From Vibrio vulnificus CMCP6 (lineage in GTDB: Bacteria; Pseudomonadota; Gammaproteobacteria; Enterobacterales; Vibrionaceae): 32,000 nt of DNA. The position numbers and the translations under genes were made by a program. Where the stretch lies: positions 3,106,104-3,138,103 of the forward strand of contig NC_004459.3 in assembly GCF_000039765.1 (NCBI RefSeq), read 5' to 3'. This document shows positions 9,704 through 18,537 of this stretch, one piece after another (the first letter of the stretch is position 1; each line of letters opens with the position of its first letter). The notes beneath the pieces were generated by a model, which saw nothing but the letters and a program-made list of their open reading frames with translations, had not been told where the DNA came from and did not search any database.

Positions 9704-10948
9704 TTACTTCAGTGTATGAATCGTTGGTTGACCAGGAGCTAGCTCTAGCACATCCCAATCCAAGCCGATAGCTGGCATGGTTTCTAGGAACGGATCTGGA
9801 TCCAACTGTTCCATGTTGAATACGCCAGCCTCAGCCCAAGCACCGCGGAAATACTGCAGTGCAGCAGTAATCGCAGGAACACCTGTGGTGTAGGCAATTG
9901 CTTGGTGCTCGACGTCTTTGTAAGCGACTTCGTGGTCTGCGTTATTGTAGATAAACACGCTACGCTCTTTGCCGTCTTTCTTACCTTGAACCCAAGTACC
10001 GATACACGTTAAACCGGTGTAACCTGGAGCCAAAGACGTTGGATCTGGCAGCATCGCTTTCAATACTTGCAGAGGCTGAACCACCGTACCGTCATGGAGT
10101 GTTAGTGGCTCTGGACTCAACAAACCAATGTCACGCATGCAGTTGAAGTAGTTTAGGTAACGATCACCAAAGCCCATCCAGAATTCAATGCGCTTAGCAG
10201 GGATGAACTCTTTCAGCGAGCGAACTTCATCGTGCGCCATTGAGTACACTTTGAAGTTGCCACATTTCGGGAAATCAAACTCTAGCATACGAGTGTGGCA
10301 AGGAACGCGCTTCCACTCTTCATTTTCCCAGTAGAAAGAATCCCCTTGGATTTCCAATAGGTTCGTCTCTGGGTCAAAGTTGGTTGCAAATTTCTTACCG
10401 TGATCGCCTGCGTTGATGTCCATCACGTCAATGGTGTCGATCTCATCAAATAGGTGCTTCACTGCATACGCAGCGAAAACAGAAACAACACCAGGATCGA
10501 AACCTGCACCAAGGATACCCGTGATGCCCGCTTCTTCGAACTTAGCACGGTATTTCCATTGCTCGTCATAAGCTTCTGGTACTTGCTGACCTTCACTACA
10601 TAGGTCAACCGCTACCGATGTATCTAGGTAAGACACTTTCGCTTGGTAACACGCTTCCATAATGGTCAGGTTTACCCAAGGAGGACCTGCATTGATAACC
10701 AAATCAGGTTTTACTTCCTTAATTAGTGCAACCAGCGAGTCCACATCGTCAGCATTCACAGCACGAGCTTCAAGTTTCTTACTTGAATCTTTCAGGTTGT
10801 TACGACCATGAATCGACTCAATGATCTTTTCACACTTGTCTAAAGTGCGAGAAGCGATAGTAATGTCACCTAGAACATCGTTGTTTTGTGCTGCTTTGTG
10901 TGCAATTACCCAGCCTACGCCGCCTGCACCAATTTGTAAAATTGCCAT
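9704..10948 (-). CDS. Carboxynorspermidine synthase (saccharopine dehydrogenase family)
   Basis: 414 aa. MAILQIGAGGVGWVIAHKAAQNNDVLGDITIASRT, a Rossmann motif. Between nspC and the DABA aminotransferase/decarboxylase. Confidence 0.92.
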   Translation of the reverse strand: MAILQIGAGGVGWVIAHKAAQNNDVLGDITIASRTLDKCEKIIESIHGRNNLKDSSKKLEARAVNADDVDSLVALIKEVKPDLVINAGPPWVNLTIMEACYQAKVSYLDTSVAVDLCSEGQQVPEAYDEQWKYRAKFEEAGITGILGAGFDPGVVSVFAAYAVKHLFDEIDTIDVMDINAGDHGKKFATNFDPETNLLEIQGDSFYWENEEWKRVPCHTRMLEFDFPKCGNFKVYSMAHDEVRSLKEFIPAKRIEFWMGFGDRYLNYFNCMRDIGLLSPEPLTLHDGTVVQPLQVLKAMLPDPTSLAPGYTGLTCIGTWVQGKKDGKERSVFIYNNADHEVAYKDVEHQAIAYTTGVPAITAALQYFRGAWAEAGVFNMEQLDPDPFLETMPAIGLDWDVLELAPGQPTIHTLK

Positions 10949-10963
10949 AGTTTTCCGTTACCT

Positions 10964-13843
10964 TTATTGCGCTAGCTCAGCCGCTAGAGTGTTGATTTTA
11001 GATAGTAAAGATTCAAAATCTGACATCTTCAGACATGGGTTAAGAATCGTGAATTTCAGCGCGGTTTTGCCATCTACGATTGTTTCACCCAGGACTGCCA
11101 CACCGCGAGTCAGTGCCTCCAGTCTCAGCGTTTTATTCAACTCATCCAGATCCGAACCTAGAGTAGAACGGAACAAGACAGTGGATAGTGAAGGTTCAGC
11201 CAATAGCTCGAAGCCCTCTGTATTACGCACTAAGTCAGCCACCTCAAGTGTTTGACCTAGAATGTGGTCGTACATCGCGCCTAGCGCTTTCGGACCCACG
11301 TTTTGCATCGTCATGAAGACTTTCAAAGCGTCAAAACGTTTAGTGGTTGCGATCGATTTGTCCACCAAGTTTGGCAGTTCGTCGTGTTCGCGGTTTAAGT
11401 AATCGGCATGGTGCAACAAGAACTTGAAGTTCTGCTTGTCGTTAACAAGCACAGCACCACAACTGATTGTTTGGTAAAACAATTTGTGGAAATCAACACT
11501 CACTGATTGCGCACGTTCAACGCCTTTCAAGCGCGCTTTCTGACTGCTCAGAATCAGAGCACCACCGTAAGCACCGTCAACGTGCATCCACAGATCGTGT
11601 TTTTCTGCCACGTCAGCAATGGTGTTCAAATCGTCAATCGCACCGTGGTCTGTCGTACCTGCCGTACCCACGACAGCAAATGGAATCAAACCTTCAGCTT
11701 TCGCCTGCTCTACCGCAGCTTCCAGCTTAGTCACATCCATTGTGCCATTTGCGTGTGCATCAATGGTCAGAACGGCTTTTTCGCCCAAGCCCATCCAAGA
11801 AGCGGATTTTTGCACTGTGAAGTGCGACTTCTTAGAACAGATAATGCGCAGTTTGTCAGCGTAATCTGGAAGACCAAGCTTCTGGATTGAGTGACCACTC
11901 AACTTGTCTGCAATCCAATCACGAGCCAGCATTAGGCCCATTTGGTTGCTTTGAGTACCGCCACTGGTGAAGATACCGTCTGCTTTCGCACCCAACTCAT
12001 ACTTGTCGCACAGCCAGTTAATTACTTTCTGTTCAACGTAAGTAGCTGATGAAGATTGATCCCATGAATCCATTGATTGGTTCAGTGCCGCGATCATTGC
12101 TTCTGCAGCCACCGCTGGCATTAGTGGTGGCGTGTGCAAATGCGCGATACAGTCAGGGTGCTGAGTAAAGATAGAGTTCTTAACAACGAGCTCTGTTGTT
12201 TCGTCGATGATCTCTTTTAGTGGCGCGTTTTTGTTGTCTAGATCAACCGCGTAAATCGCAGATTCTAACGCTTTCGGATCCATACCGGAGTACGGTGCAT
12301 CCACTTCTTCAAACGCGTTCTTTAGTGCCGCAGTCGTGTGGTTCATCACCGAGGCGAACTCTTTACTGCCGTTTACGCCTGTGTGGATAAAGTGTTTTTT
12401 CCACTCGGCATTTTCTTCAACAGCTTTCAAATTGCCACCCGCAGCGAGAATCGCTTCTTCCAAAATACGTAGGGCAAAATCAATCTGCTCAAAAGAGATG
12501 ATGAGAGGAGGAAGGAAACGGATAACCGAACCGTCACGACCGCCTTTCTCGACCATCAAACCGCGCTCTAGCGCAGCACGTTGAATGGCAAGAGTCAGTT
12601 GACCGTCAGACACAGGCTCACCAAACTTATTCAATTCTGAGCCTGGCTTACGAATTTCAACGCCCAGCATCAAGCCTTTGCCACGAACTTCCGCAATACA
12701 ATCCACGCGTTGTTGAATTTTTTCCAAGCCGTGACGTAGGTACTGACCTGCCACATTTGCGTGTTCAACAAGGTTATCACGCGTGATAATTTCAAGCGCT
12801 TTTGCACCAGAAACCATCGCGAGCTGGTTACCACGGAAGGTGCCCGTGTGTTCACCCGGACGCCATGTGTCATGCTTTTTGTTAATCACTAGTAGCGACA
12901 TTGGTAGGCCACCACCAATGGCTTTAGATAGACACAATACGTCAGGAACAATGCCCGCTTCTTCAAACGCAAAGTTATAACCTGATTTGCCGACGCCACA
13001 CTGGATTTCGTCGAAAATCAATAGCATACCGTGTTCGTCACAGATACGACGAAGTTCACGTAACCAAAACGCTGGAGCAGGAATAACACCGCCTTCACCT
13101 TGAACAGGCTCAACAATGATTGCTGCAGGTTTCATGATACCTGCCTCGTCATCGTTAAGCAGACGTTCGATGTAGCGAATACTCGCTTTTGCACCTTCGT
13201 CACCACCCAGTCCAAACGGACAGCGTAGGCTGTATGGGAAAGGCATAAAATGCACATCCGACATCAAACCAGTACGACGAGCCTTGGTATTCAAGTTACC
13301 CATCATACCCATGGTGCCGTTAGTCATACCGTGGTATGCACCGCGGAAAGCAAACATGGTGTTACGACCAGTGGTTTGTTTCGCCAGTTTGATGGCCGCT
13401 TCCACAGCATCCGCGCCAGATGGGCCACAGAACTGAATCACACAGTTGTTGCCAAGCTCTTCAGGTAGGAAGGCTTTCACCGATTTGATGAAATTAGTTT
13501 TTGCTGTCGTCGCAATATCAAGCGTTTGATATGGAAGACCAGAATCGAGCTGCTCTTTTAGCGCTTGATTGATTTCCGGGTGGTTGTAACCCAGTGCCAA
13601 AGTACCCGCACCAGCAAGACAGTCCAAAAAGATCTGACCGCGAGTATCTTCCACTAGACAGCCATAAGCCTGCTTAATTGCGATAGGCAAACGGCGTGGG
13701 TAAGAACGTACTTCTGACTCGTGCTCAGCCTGATCAAGTAACACTTGATCTGGCGTTAAATCATAAATTCCTTCAACAACAGGAACTTGAGAAGAAAAGA
13801 TAGTCGCGATAGTGTTAGTATCGACTTCAAAGGCGGTGCTCAT
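10964..13843 (-). CDS. Fused L-2,4-diaminobutyrate:2-oxoglutarate aminotransferase / L-2,4-diaminobutyrate decarboxylase
   Basis: About 959 aa from MSTAFEVDTNTIATIFSSQ. N-terminal class III aminotransferase (LIFDEIQCGVGKSG, CLSKAIGGG). C-terminal group II PLP decarboxylase (HVDGAYGGALILS, SVDFHKLFYQTISCG). Confidence 0.93.
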   Translation of the reverse strand: MSTAFEVDTNTIATIFSSQVPVVEGIYDLTPDQVLLDQAEHESEVRSYPRRLPIAIKQAYGCLVEDTRGQIFLDCLAGAGTLALGYNHPEINQALKEQLDSGLPYQTLDIATTAKTNFIKSVKAFLPEELGNNCVIQFCGPSGADAVEAAIKLAKQTTGRNTMFAFRGAYHGMTNGTMGMMGNLNTKARRTGLMSDVHFMPFPYSLRCPFGLGGDEGAKASIRYIERLLNDDEAGIMKPAAIIVEPVQGEGGVIPAPAFWLRELRRICDEHGMLLIFDEIQCGVGKSGYNFAFEEAGIVPDVLCLSKAIGGGLPMSLLVINKKHDTWRPGEHTGTFRGNQLAMVSGAKALEIITRDNLVEHANVAGQYLRHGLEKIQQRVDCIAEVRGKGLMLGVEIRKPGSELNKFGEPVSDGQLTLAIQRAALERGLMVEKGGRDGSVIRFLPPLIISFEQIDFALRILEEAILAAGGNLKAVEENAEWKKHFIHTGVNGSKEFASVMNHTTAALKNAFEEVDAPYSGMDPKALESAIYAVDLDNKNAPLKEIIDETTELVVKNSIFTQHPDCIAHLHTPPLMPAVAAEAMIAALNQSMDSWDQSSSATYVEQKVINWLCDKYELGAKADGIFTSGGTQSNQMGLMLARDWIADKLSGHSIQKLGLPDYADKLRIICSKKSHFTVQKSASWMGLGEKAVLTIDAHANGTMDVTKLEAAVEQAKAEGLIPFAVVGTAGTTDHGAIDDLNTIADVAEKHDLWMHVDGAYGGALILSSQKARLKGVERAQSVSVDFHKLFYQTISCGAVLVNDKQNFKFLLHHADYLNREHDELPNLVDKSIATTKRFDALKVFMTMQNVGPKALGAMYDHILGQTLEVADLVRNTEGFELLAEPSLSTVLFRSTLGSDLDELNKTLRLEALTRGVAVLGETIVDGKTALKFTILNPCLKMSDFESLLSKINTLAAELAQ

Positions 13844-14396
13844 ACATTTTCCCTTGAAATAAAAAAATGATTCTCGCCCCCGGCGCACTCAGTAACTCTT
13901 AGTACGTAATTGGGACATGACCAAGCCTTCCGATTGGCGTTAAATAACGGGTACGGAATAGCGACCATTACATCGAATGGTAAAGTATCGGTCTTAAAAT
14001 CAAGGCTCGGTAATGCTTCTGTTTTGCAAAACAGGGCATTCAGGAAGTATGAAGCTGATTAATGTGTGATTATTAAAAAAGTTCAACGTTGGGTTTCCCA
14101 TTTACATGCCGCTGCTTAAGCAACATTAGTATCCCGTCTATCGACAAAAGGCTCTGTCGATACCTACCCTACGTAGTGTCACAATCAGCTTGAATGGTCA
14201 CTACGCGTGTCCCCCAGAACTACTGTCCGAGATTGCGCGCGAATTTAGCACAATTAGAAATAGACTGGCAACAAGTTTTAATAATAATTTTGCCGATTAG
14301 CTCGCACTACGAAATGCAAGAATAGAGAATAACAAGAAGAAAACGGGACGAAACGAAGCACCACGGGCAACATCGACTTGAAGAATCGGTGAAAAC

Positions 14397-14425
14397 AAAA
14401 AAGCCCAGCATTTCTGCTGAGCTTT
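14397..14425 (-). terminator. Terminator of the tRNA cluster
   Basis: On the minus strand, AAAGCTCAGCAGAAATGCTGGGCTTTTTTG forms a hairpin with a T run. Confidence 0.75.
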
Positions 14426-14431
14426 CGTGTT

Positions 14432-14507
14432 TGGAGCGACACACGAGGTTCGAACTCGTGACCTCAACCTTGGCAAGGTTGCGCTCTACCAACTGAGCTA
14501 GTGTCGC
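14432..14507 (-). tRNA. tRNA-Gly (anticodon GCC)
   Basis: Reverse complement GCGACACTAGCTCAGTTGGTAGAGCGCAACCTTGCCAAGGTTGAGGTCACGAGTTCGAACCTCGTGTGTCGCTCCA is a complete cloverleaf, 76 nt with CCA. Confidence 0.97.
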
Positions 14508-14532
14508 ATCTGTTCTCACGAACGATATTAAA

Positions 14533-14619
14533 TGGTGCCCCGGGCCGGACTTGAACCGGCACGACTCGAAAGTCGAGGGATTTTAAATCCCTTGTGTCTA
14601 CCAATTTCACCACCAGGGC
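14533..14619 (-). tRNA. tRNA-Leu (anticodon TAA)
   Basis: GCCCTGGTGGTGAAATTGGTAGACACAAGGGATTTAAAATCCCTCG...GGTTCAAGTCCGGCCCGGGGCACCA, 87 nt with a long variable arm. Confidence 0.96.
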
Positions 14620-14679
14620 ACACAAAACTTGTTATGGCCTTCACCATCTCGATATCGCTTAACGCCATATCTTTAAATT

Positions 14680-14755
14680 TGGAGCGACACACGAGGTTCG
14701 AACTCGTGACCTCAACCTTGGCAAGGTTGCGCTCTACCAACTGAGCTAGTGTCGC
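14680..14755 (-). tRNA. tRNA-Gly (anticodon GCC), second identical copy
   Basis: Same 76-nt sequence as 14432-14507. Confidence 0.97.
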
Positions 14756-14758
14756 AAA

Positions 14759-14832
14759 TGGAGGCGCGTCCCGGAGTCGAACCGAGGTCCACGGATTTGC
14801 AATCCGCTGCATAGCCCCTCTGCCAACGCGCC
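14759..14832 (-). tRNA. tRNA-Cys (anticodon GCA)
   Basis: GGCGCGTTGGCAGAGGGGCTATGCAGCGGATTGCAAATCCGTGGACCTCGGTTCGACTCCGGGACGCGCCTCCA. Confidence 0.96.
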
Positions 14833-15066
14833 TTACATCGCCCTTAAGAAGTTAGTCTCTCTTGGGTACGGGATGCATTCTACCCATTCATTAAAACGAG
14901 TCAACACTATTTTTTTGTTTTTTAAATCGTTTGAGCACAAAATGTGCTAAAAGCTGCAAATTGCTTATTTTAAAGGCAGATTTTTTCTAAATATAGTCAA
15001 GATTATCTAGAATAATCCTTGTCTTACACAACTTATACTTACGCCTTGCTCGCGAACTTCACGCAT

Positions 15067-15092
15067 AAAAAAACGGGCTTGCGCCCGCTTTC
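15067..15092 (-). terminator. Terminator-like hairpin downstream of pgsA
   Basis: Minus strand AAAGCGGGCGCAAGCCCGTTTTTTTATG. Confidence 0.8.
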
Positions 15093-15098
15093 TCAACA

Positions 15099-15656
15099 TT
15101 AGTGATGTTCTTCATTCAACAAGTCATCTTTCGCAGCCATCAAGTACTGCACCATCGACCAGTAAGTAAGGAATGTGGCAATGTACAATGCGCCGAAACC
15201 TAACCAAACCATCCAATCGTCATAACGCCAAATTAATACCCATAGCGCAAACATTTGAGTCATGGTTTTTACTTTACCGACCCAAGAGACAGCAACGCTC
15301 GCTCGTTTGCCGATCTCTGCCATCCACTCACGCAGTGCTGAAATAATGATTTCCCTTGCGATCATGGTCACGGCTGGAATCGTTACCCAAATGGAATGGT
15401 AATGTTCTGTAATCAAAATCAAGGCGGTTGCCACTAGTACTTTATCCGCCACTGGATCGATAAACGCACCGAAACGAGACGTTTGACCCAGTTTTCTTGC
15501 TAACATCCCATCGAGCCAATCGGTAAAACCGGCAACCCAAAACACCATTGCCGCAGCAAAAGGAGCCCATGAATAGGGAAGATAAAACGCAACGACAAAC
15601 ACTGGGATGAGAAATAATCTCATTAGTGACAATATGTTGGGGATGTTCAAACGCAT
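15099..15656 (-). CDS. pgsA: CDP-diacylglycerol-glycerol-3-phosphate 3-phosphatidyltransferase
   Basis: 185 aa. [27 protein letters not shown] and the CDP-alcohol phosphotransferase motif [27 protein letters not shown]. Confidence 0.95.
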   Translation of the reverse strand: MRLNIPNILSLMRLFLIPVFVVAFYLPYSWAPFAAAMVFWVAGFTDWLDGMLARKLGQTSRFGAFIDPVADKVLVATALILITEHYHSIWVTIPAVTMIAREIIISALREWMAEIGKRASVAVSWVGKVKTMTQMFALWVLIWRYDDWMVWLGFGALYIATFLTYWSMVQYLMAAKDDLLNEEHH

Positions 15657-15702
15657 ATTATTATTCTCTTACACTTTGCGCGCTAATGGTGCTGGATTTT
15701 CA

Positions 15703-17535
15703 CTATTGTTTCAATGCTTGATAGATAATTTCTGCCAAAGAGTGACTGATGCCCGGCACTTTGGCGATTTCTTCAACACTTGCACGCTTGAGCTCTTGTA
15801 AGCCTCCCGTGTATTTCAACAGCGCCTGACGGCGTTTGGGCCCTACGCCTTCAATGCCCTCTAACGCACTCGTTTTACGCGTTTTTCCGCGCTTCGCTCT
15901 GTGCCCTGCGATGGCATGATTGTGGCTTTCATCACGGATGTGCTGGATTAAATGTAGAGCCGGATCATCACTTGGCAAATGAAACTCATCGCCATCAACC
16001 GTAATCAAAGTTTCCAAACCTGGTTTACGAGTGACCCCTTTTGCGATACCGATCATCACGGGTCGCTTCGGCCAATCTCCCCAGTATTGCACGATGATTT
16101 CGTGTGCTCGATTAAGTTGCCCTTTACCACCATCAATAAAAATAATGTCTGGAATTTTCTCGACATCCAGTTGTTTGGCGTAACGACGCTCTAAAGCTTG
16201 CCCCATGGCTGCATAGTCGTCACCACCAGTGATTCCGGTAATGTTGTAGCGACGATACTCTTGCTTTACCGGACCTTCACTGTTGAACACCACGCATGAG
16301 GCAATCGTGCTTTCACCCATGGTATGAGAAATATCGAAACACTCCATGCGAGCAATCGAGTCCATCGCAAGAACGTCACGTAACGCCTTAAAGCGTTGAT
16401 TAATCGTCATCTTATGATTGATTTTGGTCGTCATTGCCGTCAGCGCATTGGTATTGGACAATTTGAGGTAACGACCACGTGACCCTGATGGCGAGGTATG
16501 AAATTGTACTTTCCGCCCAGCGACATCACTGAGAGCCAACTGAATCGCCTCAACATCCGCAGCCAGTTCCTGATTTAGAATGATGCGCGATGGAATCGTC
16601 CGAGCTTCGTTGTGGCTCAAATAGTATTGCGTCAAAAAGCTGTCAAACACTTCTTGCGCATTGGTGTTTTGAGGAATCTTGGGAAAATGACTGCGACTTC
16701 CCAGTACCTTACCTTGGCGAATCATCAAGATATGGATGCATGCAATGCCATTTTCTTGTGCAAAACCGAGCACATCCATATCTTCTTGGCTATCTTCCGA
16801 AACATATTGTTGTTCCTGAACACGACGAATCGCTTGGATCTGATCACGAAATTTTGCCGCATCCTCAAACTTAAGTTGCTGGCTCGCAATCTCCATTTTT
16901 TGCACTAGGAGCTCTAGAACTTGGTTATCTTTACCTTGTAAAAATAGACGTAAGTAACCCACCAGCTCTGCATAGTCGACATCAGAAATGACACTGCTGA
17001 CACAAGGGCCCGCACAGCGACCAATCTGGTACATCAAACAAGGACGCGTTCGGTTAGCATAAACGGTGTCTTCACACTGTCTCACCGGGAAAATTTTCTG
17101 GATCAAGTGCAAGGTTTCACGTACTGCACCTGAGTCCGGATAAGGTCCGAAATACTCGCCTTTTCTCTTCTTAGCACCACGATGCAGAGAGACCCTAGGA
17201 TGGCGATGGGCACTAAGGAAAATATAGGGATAAGACTTATCGTCTCGCAGCAGGACATTATACTTCGGCAAATATTGCTTAATGTAATTATGCTCAAGAA
17301 TCAGCGCTTCCGTTTCGGTGTGCGTCACGGTCACATCAATTTTGGCAATATTACTCACCAATGCTTTGGTTTTTTCGCTGTCAACTTTTTTGCGGAAATA
17401 GCTTGAGAGGCGTTTTTTGAGATCTTTGGCTTTACCGACATAAATAACAACAGCCTCGGCGTTATACATACGATAAACGCCAGGCTGATGAGTTACTGTC
17501 TTGAGGAAAGATACCGAATCAAAAATTTGAGTCAC
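15703..17535 (-). CDS. uvrC: Excinuclease ABC subunit C
   Basis: 610 aa, GTG start. GIY-YIG domain [30 protein letters not shown], UvrC RNase H-like domain ([11 protein letters not shown]) and C-terminal HhH. Confidence 0.97.
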   Translation of the reverse strand: MTQIFDSVSFLKTVTHQPGVYRMYNAEAVVIYVGKAKDLKKRLSSYFRKKVDSEKTKALVSNIAKIDVTVTHTETEALILEHNYIKQYLPKYNVLLRDDKSYPYIFLSAHRHPRVSLHRGAKKRKGEYFGPYPDSGAVRETLHLIQKIFPVRQCEDTVYANRTRPCLMYQIGRCAGPCVSSVISDVDYAELVGYLRLFLQGKDNQVLELLVQKMEIASQQLKFEDAAKFRDQIQAIRRVQEQQYVSEDSQEDMDVLGFAQENGIACIHILMIRQGKVLGSRSHFPKIPQNTNAQEVFDSFLTQYYLSHNEARTIPSRIILNQELAADVEAIQLALSDVAGRKVQFHTSPSGSRGRYLKLSNTNALTAMTTKINHKMTINQRFKALRDVLAMDSIARMECFDISHTMGESTIASCVVFNSEGPVKQEYRRYNITGITGGDDYAAMGQALERRYAKQLDVEKIPDIIFIDGGKGQLNRAHEIIVQYWGDWPKRPVMIGIAKGVTRKPGLETLITVDGDEFHLPSDDPALHLIQHIRDESHNHAIAGHRAKRGKTRKTSALEGIEGVGPKRRQALLKYTGGLQELKRASVEEIAKVPGISHSLAEIIYQALKQ

Positions 17536-17536
17536 A

Positions 17537-18181
17537 CTAGAGAGTCTCGGTATCTAACATTCCGTGGCGAATCGCCAAATGGGTCAACTCTACGTCACCA
17601 TTAATCGATAGCTTGCTAAACAAACGATAACGATAGCTGTTGACAGTTTTAGGACTGAGATTTAACTGCTCAGAAATATCTGTCACTTTCTGACCTTTCG
17701 TGATCATCATCATGATCTGAAGCTCACGCTCAGACAGATCCTTGAAAGGGTTTTCGGACGCAGGCGAAAACTGGCTTAACGCCATTTGCTGCGCAATTTC
17801 TGGTGAAATATAACGTTGCCCACTATGGACAATACGAATTGCATTCACCATTTCATCTGGGCCAGCGCCTTTGGTCAAATAACCAGAAGCCCCCGCTTGC
17901 ATCACTTTAGTTGGAAACGGATTTTCCGTATGAACAGTTAAGACGATGATTTTTACATCTGGATTAACACGCAAAATTTTCTTGGTAGCTTCCAAGCCGC
18001 CAATACCAGGCATGTTCATATCCATTAAAACGACGTCTGCATGATTGCTACGACACCATTTTACCGCATTTTCACCGCTATCAGCTTCTCCTGCTACGTT
18101 CATTCCACGGACGTCTTCAATAATACGTCGTATCCCTGTGCGAACCAGCTCGTGATCATCTACAAGGAAAACATTGATCAA
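17537..18181 (-). CDS. uvrY: LuxR/FixJ-type response regulator UvrY/VarA/GacA
   Basis: 214 aa. [44 protein letters not shown]. Immediately upstream of uvrC. Confidence 0.95.
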   Translation of the reverse strand: MINVFLVDDHELVRTGIRRIIEDVRGMNVAGEADSGENAVKWCRSNHADVVLMDMNMPGIGGLEATKKILRVNPDVKIIVLTVHTENPFPTKVMQAGASGYLTKGAGPDEMVNAIRIVHSGQRYISPEIAQQMALSQFSPASENPFKDLSERELQIMMMITKGQKVTDISEQLNLSPKTVNSYRYRLFSKLSINGDVELTHLAIRHGMLDTETL

Positions 18182-18537
18182 ACTTGTATCTCCACACTAT
18201 TAATTGGCTCTGTTCCACATCAAGTGTGGATATCAGTACAGTTGCCTATATTACCGCATTTACCGAGCTCGGTACTTCTATGAATATGTGCCGAAACGCA
18301 AACTTTAGCAAGGACTTATTGGATGCGAGAGCAAATATCAAAGGTCACTCTAACAATTTTGTTTTTAAAAGGAGACACTTACTTCGGAGCAATCGTCAGG
18401 AATTTTATCTCCATCATATTTATCACGCTCTAGGCGTACAAACTTTAAGCAAATGTGCAAGAAAAACCACTTAATTTCACGCGTTTGAGTGACAATTTGC
18501 TAACATCAGGGCAGTTGTTCTTAATTGGAATTCGGAT

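Noticed and set aside
11507-11890. 127-aa plus-strand ORF inside the fused aminotransferase/decarboxylase gene, with other antisense ORFs at 12336-12584 and 12783-12980
   Set aside because: They lie opposite a high-confidence long CDS, have no SD or recognisable protein features, and fit mirror ORFs arising from codon bias.
8492-13843. Treating the norspermidine cluster as a novel pathway
   Set aside because: The DABA aminotransferase/decarboxylase, carboxynorspermidine synthase and NspC pathway is already established in Vibrio. Only its upstream region is flagged.
14532-14744. 70-aa plus-strand and 94-aa minus-strand ORFs across the tRNA cluster
   Set aside because: These are translations of tRNA genes. 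The MVPRAGLEPAR- and ATLAQLVERNLAKVEV-type peptides are common annotation artefacts of tRNA regions.
18184-18474. 96-aa plus-strand ORF between uvrY and polB
   Set aside because: It spans the divergent promoter region, has no SD or protein signature, and its cysteine/asparagine-rich composition is typical of non-coding DNA.
18400-18537. Search for a LexA/SOS box (CTGTN8ACAG) upstream of polB
   Set aside because: No convincing match by eye in the immediate upstream region. Absence is not reported as a finding without a matrix scan.
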